Shown piece by piece: positions 56,762 through 64,000 of a stretch of 64,000 bases of DNA (position 1 is its first letter; each line of letters opens with the position of its first letter). A program made the translations under genes and the position numbers. Source of the stretch: an uncultured delta proteobacterium (GTDB lineage: Bacteria; Desulfobacterota; Desulfuromonadia; Geobacterales; DSM-12255); assembly GCA_963787125.1 (NCBI GenBank), contig CAWBBV010000024.1:1-64000 (forward strand), in the 5' to 3' direction. The notes under the pieces were generated by a model. It saw only the letters and a program-made list of their open reading frames with translations, searched no databases and had not been told where the DNA came from.

Positions 56762-56800
56762 TCTGATTAAGTAACCAGGATTTAAGCCAGCGAGGTAAGC

Positions 56801-58783
56801 ATGTCGCTTCATCAAACTGTATTCATGACCATCTTTACTGTTTCCGTAGTATCTTTTCTTTTCAGCTGTTACCAGCGTCTGCAGCTGGTCTCTGTCGGAG
56901 CGCCGGAGAATCGTTTCGATAACCCGGGACAACGGCTGGCAGGGATGTTTACCTACGCTTTTGCCCAGAAACGAGTGCTGGCGAGGCCATACGGCGTCAA
57001 TCACTTTTTCCTCTTCTGGGCGTTTCTCTTCCTCCTTCTGGCCAATGGCGAGTTTCTGCTGGAAGGACTGCTTCCCGGCATCACTCTGGCAAACTTTCTG
57101 CCGGCAGCAATCTATCAGCCGTTAAAGCTTGTCTTTGATACTGTTTCCCTTGTTGCCCTCGTCTCGGTGCTGCTCGCCTTTGCCCGCCGGCTGCTTTTTC
57201 CCCCTGACTATCTGGGTAACGACTATACAAAGCCGGCCAGTGGTGAAGCCTTACTGATTCTGGCAATGATTGCCTCCCTGATGATCGCCTTCTTTGCCCT
57301 TAACGCCGCCCATATAGCCCTGGGTCAGCCAGACGCCTGGCGACCGGTATCAGCAGCAATCGCCGGCCTTTTGCAGGGTCTCCCGAAAGCCACTCTTCAG
57401 ACTCTGGGGGATGTGTCCTGGTGGCTGCATGCGCTGGTACTGCTGCTGTTTATGAACTTTTTACCCCGCAGCAAGCATATGCATATTCTCACCGCTATCC
57501 CCAACTGTTACTTCCAGAGCCTGGAAAAGCCGAACACCCAGCCATTGGAGAACTTTAAAAGAGGGGCTCATTACGGCGTCAGCAGTGTTGATCAGTACAG
57601 CTGGAAAGATCTTTTTGATTCTCTCACCTGTACCGAATGCGGCCGCTGCCAGGATCTCTGCCCGGCTCACAACACCGGCAAACCGCTCAACCCGCGTAAA
57701 ATAGTTCACGACATCAAGTTGAATCTTTTTGCCAACGGCCCGGAGATCAAAAATGGCAAAAAGGGTAATCTGCCGTTGATCGGCGCAGCAGGGGAGGGCA
57801 CTGTCTGCGAAGAGGCTATCTGGTCGTGCACTACCTGTGGCGCCTGTACCTCGGTCTGCCCGGTACTGATCGAGCAGATGCCGAAGATTGTCAAACTGAG
57901 GCGAAGTCTCGTGCAGGAGAAGGCTCAGTTTCCCGAAGAGCTGCTCAACCTCTTTGAGAATATGGAGCAGCGCAGCAACCCTTGGGGGATTGCCCCGTCC
58001 GAGCGGATCAAATGGAGTACCCTCCTTGGCGACCGCACTTTTATACCGGGAAAAACAGAATATCTCTTTTTTGTCGGCTGCGCCGGCGCCTTTGACAGCC
58101 GTAACAAGCACGTTACCGTCGCCCTGGCCACCATCATGGATGCTGCCGGAATCTCCTGGGGGTTATTGGGGAAAGACGAGCAGTGCTGCGGTGACAGCGT
58201 CCGCCGGTTGGGGAATGAGTTTGTCTTTGATAAAATGGCCCGGGAAAACGTGGCCATGTTCAAGGAAAAAGGGATAACAAAGATTGTAACCCAGTGTCCT
58301 CACTGCTTCAGTGCCGTCAAGAACGATTACAAACAGTACGGCCTTGATATCGAAGTTATCCACCACTCCCAACTGATAGCCGATCTCCAGAAGAGCGGCA
58401 GACTGAAAATGCCGAAAAAGAGCGACCAGGGGAAAGTCATCTTCCATGACTCCTGTTATCTCGGCCGTCATAATGACACCTATGAAGCCCCCAGAACTGT
58501 CATTGCCAACGCCACCGGTAAAGCCCCTAATGAATTTGAGCGGAGCAGAGAGAAGGCTTTTTGTTGCGGTGCCGGCGGTGGCAGGATGTGGATGGAAGAG
58601 CAGACCGGCAGCAGAATCAATCTGGAAAGGGTTAAGGAAGCGATGAAGCAACAGCCCGATACCCTCTGCGTCAGCTGCCCCTACTGCATGACCATGATGG
58701 AGGACGGTCTGAAGGATCTCGGCCTTGGCGACAAGGTCAGGGTCAGAGATATTGCCGAGGTGACGGCTGAAGCGCTGCGATGA
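56801..58783 (+). CDS. Membrane Fe-S/CCG oxidoreductase (FadF / ETF:menaquinone oxidoreductase-like), copy 2
   Basis: TM domain with WWLH and SKHMH, CTECGRCQDLC, CTTCGACTSVC, CCGD, HDSCYLGR, CCGAGGG, CPYC. Confidence 0.88.
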   Translation: MSLHQTVFMTIFTVSVVSFLFSCYQRLQLVSVGAPENRFDNPGQRLAGMFTYAFAQKRVLARPYGVNHFFLFWAFLFLLLANGEFLLEGLLPGITLANFLPAAIYQPLKLVFDTVSLVALVSVLLAFARRLLFPPDYLGNDYTKPASGEALLILAMIASLMIAFFALNAAHIALGQPDAWRPVSAAIAGLLQGLPKATLQTLGDVSWWLHALVLLLFMNFLPRSKHMHILTAIPNCYFQSLEKPNTQPLENFKRGAHYGVSSVDQYSWKDLFDSLTCTECGRCQDLCPAHNTGKPLNPRKIVHDIKLNLFANGPEIKNGKKGNLPLIGAAGEGTVCEEAIWSCTTCGACTSVCPVLIEQMPKIVKLRRSLVQEKAQFPEELLNLFENMEQRSNPWGIAPSERIKWSTLLGDRTFIPGKTEYLFFVGCAGAFDSRNKHVTVALATIMDAAGISWGLLGKDEQCCGDSVRRLGNEFVFDKMARENVAMFKEKGITKIVTQCPHCFSAVKNDYKQYGLDIEVIHHSQLIADLQKSGRLKMPKKSDQGKVIFHDSCYLGRHNDTYEAPRTVIANATGKAPNEFERSREKAFCCGAGGGRMWMEEQTGSRINLERVKEAMKQQPDTLCVSCPYCMTMMEDGLKDLGLGDKVRVRDIAEVTAEALR

Positions 58784-58910
58784 TTGCTAAGGTAGTACAA
58801 TGAGACAGTGTTAAAGTTGACGCCATGTATCAGCCAGTGTATTGAATTGACAGAAATTTTGTGATGTTCTGGAGCTGAGGATGATATTAACGATAAAAGA
58901 ATAACTCAAA

Positions 58911-58949
58911 AGCCGCTTTACCGGAAATACCGGTGGAGCGGTTTTTTTT
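58911..58949 (+). terminator. Rho-independent terminator
   Basis: agccgctttaccgg-aaata-ccggtggagcgg followed by T8. Confidence 0.75.
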
Positions 58950-58990
58950 GTTTCTGTTGGTGCTTCATATATCCAGAATAAACATTTATC

Positions 58991-59080
58991 CACGGATTAC
59001 ACAGATGAACTCGGATGAAATCAAGCATAGCTGATATATTTTTCATGGTTGTATCCGTGTTCATCCGTGACATCCGTTGC
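58991..59080. repeat. Inverted nonamer repeat element (CACGGATxx x3 ... ATCCGTGxx x3)
   Basis: cacggattacacagatgaactcggatg ... atccgtgttcatccgtgacatccgttg. Confidence 0.6.
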
Positions 59081-59148
59081 CAATGCTTTTATCTTTACAT
59101 CATTAGAATCATGGACAAAAGCGCTGTGAGCGCAACAAAGGAGACTTT

Positions 59149-59919
59149 ATGGCTACAACCTACGAAAAAGGCAAACTGTAACAATTGAGCATAGCCAAGT
59201 TGATTCCCGATCCCGAACAGCCACGTAAATTCTTTGATGAGCAGGCGCTGGGTGAGTTGCAAGCGTCCATCGCCAGCCACGGGATACTGCAGCCGATTCT
59301 GGTACGGGAAGGGGAGGCCGGGAAATTTATCATCGTCTCCGGTGAGCGGCGCTATCAGGCTGCCCGCAATGCCGGACTGGAGAACGTCCCGGTGATACTC
59401 ACCGATGGTGAACCGGCGGAGATTGCCATTATCGAGAATCTGCTGCGGGAGAATCTGACGGCCATTGAAGAAGCGGAGGCGATAGAGCGGCTGCGGGCGG
59501 TGCATGATTATGGCCAGGTGGAAGTAGCTGCCGTGCTCGGTAAATCCGAATCAGCCATATCTGAAATTTTGTCACTGAACCGATTACCGCAGGCAGTGAA
59601 GGACGATTGTCGCAATGATCCAAGAGTTTCCCGGAAAGTTATGGCAGTGGTATCCATGCAAAAGACGCCGGAGAAAATGGTTGCCCTCTACACAAAATAC
59701 AAGGCAAGTGGCCTCACCCGTAGTGAAATTATCCCTAAGGTGGCAAAACCGAAAGCTCCGCGAGCACCGCTAGCGCCGGAAGATCTGGCTGCCATTTCCG
59801 AGCGGATCGATGTTCTGATTGCTGCCGATCTGACCGCTGAACAGAAAGCGGCGTTCATAGTAGAGATGACCAAGTTGCGGGGTGTGACCTATCAGAAGAT
59901 CAAGCTGTTTAAGGTCTAG
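59149..59919 (+). pseudogene. ParB/Spo0J-family protein with an in-frame TAA at codon 11
   Basis: AAGGAG RBS, then ATG GCT ACA ACC TAC GAA AAA GGC AAA CTG TAA CAA TTG..., in frame with the ParB domain (QPRKFFD, GILQPILVR, SGERRYQA, ENLLRENL). Confidence 0.7.
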
Positions 59920-59997
59920 ATTAGTGGTTTCATGAGAGAGATGGTCGATAACCTTCAAATATTTGAGATGAAAAGTTAATTATATCAGCCAAGTAAT

Positions 59998-60021
59998 AAA
60001 AGTTCGCCGCGGCGAACTTTT
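59998..60021. other. Perfect 24-bp palindrome, candidate ParB-binding site
   Basis: aaaagttcgccgcggcgaactttt equals its own reverse complement; 78 nt downstream of parB. Confidence 0.5.
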
Positions 60022-60320
60022 GGATTATTTAATCTTTGTGGGTGTGATACAACTGATTGCCGAGTGATTTTGAGTGAGGGATGATGAATCTTAATTGATT
60101 AGCTGGCAACGACCACCATATGGGTAAAAAAGTGATCAGGAACTGCGAATAATGTTGATGGAAGCGGATGGTTAGTTGATTAGAAAGCAACGTTATATAT
60201 GACTGAGAGCTACAGATTTTTCCCCGGAAATTATAGATAAAATAATAAGTTACCAGTCTTGTAGTTCTATTGTCAGCCTGTTATTGAATAGCCATTTATT
60301 CAACATACCAGGAGGACAGA

Positions 60321-61610
60321 ATGGAAGCTGTAATGGATAGTCTGGCGTTGTTCAGACAGATGAAGGCATCAGTCAGGGGCTCGGAAAAACATCTGCTAGT
60401 CGGCATCGATGTTGCCAAGAACAAGCACCATGCTTTCTTTGGAACACCCAATGGCAGAACGCTACGCAAGAACATGATCTTTGACAACAGCTTTCAAGGA
60501 TTCGAGAATCTGCGCAGTTTAGCCGGAGATCTCAAGAATCAACATGGCCTGGTCGAGGTTGTGTATGGACTTGAGCCTACAGCCTCCTACCACAAGCCCT
60601 TAGCCGAATATCTGCTGCGACAGAAGGAGCAGGTTGTCTATGTATCCAATGTGGCCGTGGCAAAGAATCGAGCGCTACTGGATGGCCGTTGGGACAAGAA
60701 CGACAAGAAGGATGCCGCCAATGTTGCCGATCTGGTGGGCCAGAGCCGCTGCCTCTTCTATGAGCTACCGCAAGAGAACCTGCGTGAATTACGCAGCCTG
60801 ATTGGTTTCAGGATCAGGCTGAAGAAGGAAGAGCACGCACTGAAAATGCGGCTGAGAAATAATGTTCTTGCCCAGTTCTTTCCCGAACTGGACCAGCTCT
60901 ACATCAAAGCAGGGCAACCGGACGACCTGATTCTTTCAATTGCCGAACATTGTCTGGACCCGAGGGAAATTGCCGGGATGGAGTTCGACGCCTTCCTGAA
61001 GCTCATTACAAAACGCAAGATCAGGATAGAACAGGAAAGACGTCTGCGCGAGCTTTGGGAGACTGCCGGAGAGTCCGTTGGTTGCCTTGTTCATGACGCC
61101 GCCAGATGGGAGGCCAAGAGTCTCGTCTGCCAGCTGAAGTCGGTTCGTGAAACGGTCAAGGGTAATGAGCAGTTGATGGCAAAAGCAGCAAAGCAGTTTT
61201 CTGAATATGAGTGCCTTCTGTCTATTCCCGGATTCGGTCCGATTATTTCGGCCATGGTTCTTGCCGCCATCGGCAATCCTGTCCGGTTTCAGAATCAGGG
61301 ACAGGTAGTGCGTCTGGCCGGACTGGACTTAAGTGCCGAGCGGAGCGGCAAGAACAGCAACAGTGCCAAGCCGGTGATCTCCAAGCAAGGGAAAGCGGCA
61401 CTGCGTTACGCCCTGGTGCAAGCGGCAATGGTTGCCTCCACAGCGAATCCGGTTATCAGGACTTACTTTAGCAAATTAATCAGAGGTCGCGAGCTTGAGC
61501 GCGGCATCAACCTGAAGATGAAAGTCAAGCTGGCGGCAAAGCTTTTGGTTGTGGCCTGGACACTTATGAAGAAGAGAGAACCATTTAATCCTTCCTGCTT
61601 CACGGGATAA
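60321..61610 (+). CDS. IS110-family DEDD recombinase/transposase
   Basis: VGIDVAK, LEPTA and KNDKKDA supply the DEDD tetrad; SIPGFG and ERSGK in the C-terminal Tnp domain; ISKQG..LR..L. Confidence 0.93.
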   Translation: MEAVMDSLALFRQMKASVRGSEKHLLVGIDVAKNKHHAFFGTPNGRTLRKNMIFDNSFQGFENLRSLAGDLKNQHGLVEVVYGLEPTASYHKPLAEYLLRQKEQVVYVSNVAVAKNRALLDGRWDKNDKKDAANVADLVGQSRCLFYELPQENLRELRSLIGFRIRLKKEEHALKMRLRNNVLAQFFPELDQLYIKAGQPDDLILSIAEHCLDPREIAGMEFDAFLKLITKRKIRIEQERRLRELWETAGESVGCLVHDAARWEAKSLVCQLKSVRETVKGNEQLMAKAAKQFSEYECLLSIPGFGPIISAMVLAAIGNPVRFQNQGQVVRLAGLDLSAERSGKNSNSAKPVISKQGKAALRYALVQAAMVASTANPVIRTYFSKLIRGRELERGINLKMKVKLAAKLLVVAWTLMKKREPFNPSCFTG

Positions 61611-61634
61611 CCACCCTAGAGGCAGGCAGTAGGC

Positions 61635-61792
61635 GAGATAAGCCCGTTTAACAACGTAGAGGCAGCAATGACCTCGGGAGGGACAATACCGGGCATCTCA
61701 CTAAAATCTTGGAGCTTTGATAAGGAATGATAGACAACCCAGTTCCCGATGCGGGCGGGGGATGTCGGATACAAGTAACGATTAAGCTCAAG
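61635..61792 (+). ncRNA. Predicted bridge/seek RNA (two stem-internal-loop-hairpin modules)
   Basis: Module 1: gagat..gcccg pairs with cgggc-atctc and encloses aacaacgtaga / gagg..cctc hairpin / gggagggacaat. Module 2: cttggagctt pairs with aagctcaag and encloses a second loop. Folded by eye only. Confidence 0.55.
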
Positions 61793-61962
61793 GTTTGCCG
61801 TAAGTGAGAGACTCGCCATTTCACCAAAGCAAGGGATAGCTGCGCCCGCAATCCGCAAAGATGACTAACTATTTGATTTTAAAAGAGCGATATTTTCAGT
61901 TGACAGGTGGACTATAGAATGTCCCCTTTGGCTCCCACAGGTGATCCGGGCTTACGGGACTT

Positions 61963-61993
61963 GAGCCGTGAAGGGAAACTTTCATGTACGGTT
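61963..61993 (+). ncRNA. Degenerate group II intron domain V relic
   Basis: gagccg-tgaagggaaactttcatgtacggtt matches the DV consensus GAGCCGTATG..GGAAA..CATGTACGGTT with a 2-nt deletion; no RT ORF nearby. Confidence 0.55.
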
Positions 61994-62083
61994 GGGGATA
62001 GACTTACTAACTTAATGTTCATCCGGAAACTCACTAAGAAATGAATTTACCTTCTGAATGACTGAAGGTATAATATCTATACC

Positions 62084-62344
62084 ATGATATTCGAGTTCGA
62101 TTCTGAAAAAAGTGTTACCAACAAACTGAAGCACGGAATCGATTTCCGTGAGGCACAGGAGTTGTGGGACGACCTTGACTACATAGAGATCCCGGTAACT
62201 GCGGTCGATGAGCCTCGGTATCTGGTAATAGGGAAAATCAGCGGCAAGCACTGGTCAGGAGTGGTAACGTATAGAGGTGAGAGTGTCAGAATTATCTCGG
62301 TACGCAGATCTCGGAAGGAGGAGGTCAATATCTATGAAAGCTAG
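62084..62344 (+). CDS. BrnT-family toxin
   Basis: FEFDSEKS..NKLKHGIDF.EA, EPRYLVIG, VRIISVRR. Confidence 0.88.
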   Translation: MIFEFDSEKSVTNKLKHGIDFREAQELWDDLDYIEIPVTAVDEPRYLVIGKISGKHWSGVVTYRGESVRIISVRRSRKEEVNIYES

Positions 62345-62558
62345 GGAATTTGATGAAAAATTCGATGACAACGAGGATATTTCCGACTTTCTCGATGTCT
62401 CCAAGGCCCATCGCCCCGAACAGGAGCAGAAGCGGGTGAATGTCGATTTCCCGCTCTGGATGATTCACCAGCTGGACAGGGAAGCAAAGCGCCTCGGGGT
62501 ACCCCGGCAGTCCATCATTAAAGTCTGGGTGTCTGAACGGCTCAAAAAAGTGGCCTGA
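62334..62558 (+). CDS. BrnA/CopG-like RHH antitoxin
   Basis: MKAREFDEKFD...KRVNVDFPLWMI..LDREAKRLGVPRQSIIKVW; overlaps the toxin end; GGAGG RBS. Confidence 0.88.
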   Translation: MKAREFDEKFDDNEDISDFLDVSKAHRPEQEQKRVNVDFPLWMIHQLDREAKRLGVPRQSIIKVWVSERLKKVA

Positions 62559-62602
62559 TCCTGTCCACTCTAAATAAACCCCGCTTTTAGCGATGATTTC
62601 CT

Positions 62603-62631
62603 AAAAACCCGGCCAGACTCCGGGTTTTTTT
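62603..62631 (+). terminator. Terminator between convergent genes
   Basis: aaaaacccgg-ccagact-ccgggttttttt. Confidence 0.65.
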
Positions 62632-62718
62632 GTGTGCAGGGCTGACCCCAGGCCGGAGCCGGCTGAAGTCACGCTAAGGCCCTGCACGTGAGGACCTTAG
62701 CGTGAATCTGGCACTTGG

Positions 62719-63795
<1,077 letters not shown>

Positions 63796-64000
63796 TTAAA
63801 ATATGAGCACTTAATACTTGAATAACTTAAATATTGCAAATATTTTAATCTGGTGTGTTCAATTAATGCAAAAATAAAAAGCACAAGCGTGTATGTGTAG
63901 CCTTAATAAATCCTTGTATGGCTAAATTATAGGCAACATTATCGACTAAAATGTGTTGGAGTCATAAAATGCGCCTAAACTTGAAGCACATTAGTTGATG

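Larger units (their letters stand above)
60232..61918 (+). mobile_element. IS110-family element with IS1111-like layout (long 3' non-coding end)
   Basis: TATAGA occurs at both predicted ends (60232-60237 and 61913-61918). Short left end, ~300-nt right end, TTGACA near the right end, imperfect sub-terminal inverted repeats (tagttctattgtca / tgacaggtggacta). Confidence 0.75.

Noticed and set aside
58840..58950. Possible riboswitch or sRNA before the terminator
   Set aside because: No c-di-GMP (GGCAAAC..GACGCAAAGC), cobalamin or ANTAR motifs were recognised; it is explained as the operon terminator.
58991..59080. Short repeats as a possible CRISPR array
   Set aside because: Units are 9 nt, inverted and have no spacers; no cas genes in the window.

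Overview
64-kb chromosomal window from an anaerobic Desulfobacterota, most likely Geobacteraceae/Desulfuromonadales (inferred from an HgtR-like repressor, ActP with an Ala/Pro-rich leader and short intergenic repeats). From left to right: (1) the end of a dsrC-dsrT-dsrMKJOP operon closed by a class-V PLP cysteine desulfurase; dsrAB is not in the window. (2) An IclR gene, then a two-subunit molybdoenzyme of the pyrogallol-transhydroxylase family and a B12-binding radical SAM gene. (3) A Bcr/CflA MFS exporter. (4) A ~25-kb lipid/fatty-acid divergon: lipoprotein lipase, FadL and SCP2 on one side; FadD, FadN, FadA, FadE, FadH and accessory enzymes on the other. It shares an 18-bp palindromic operator with a downstream ETF/Fe-S oxidoreductase operon. 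(5) A sigma-54-controlled short-chain acid unit (acyl-CoA dehydrogenase, CoA transferase, DUF485-ActP). (6) Two ETF pairs, two membrane CCG/Fe-S oxidoreductases and sucCD. (7) A decayed mobile end: ParB with an early nonsense codon, an IS110/IS1111-type element with a predicted two-loop bridge/seek RNA, a group II intron domain-V relic, a BrnT/BrnA-like TA pair, and gdhA broken by an IS3 end plus a deletion. No rRNA, tRNA or CRISPR array was seen. All calls come from reading motifs by eye; no database searches were run.
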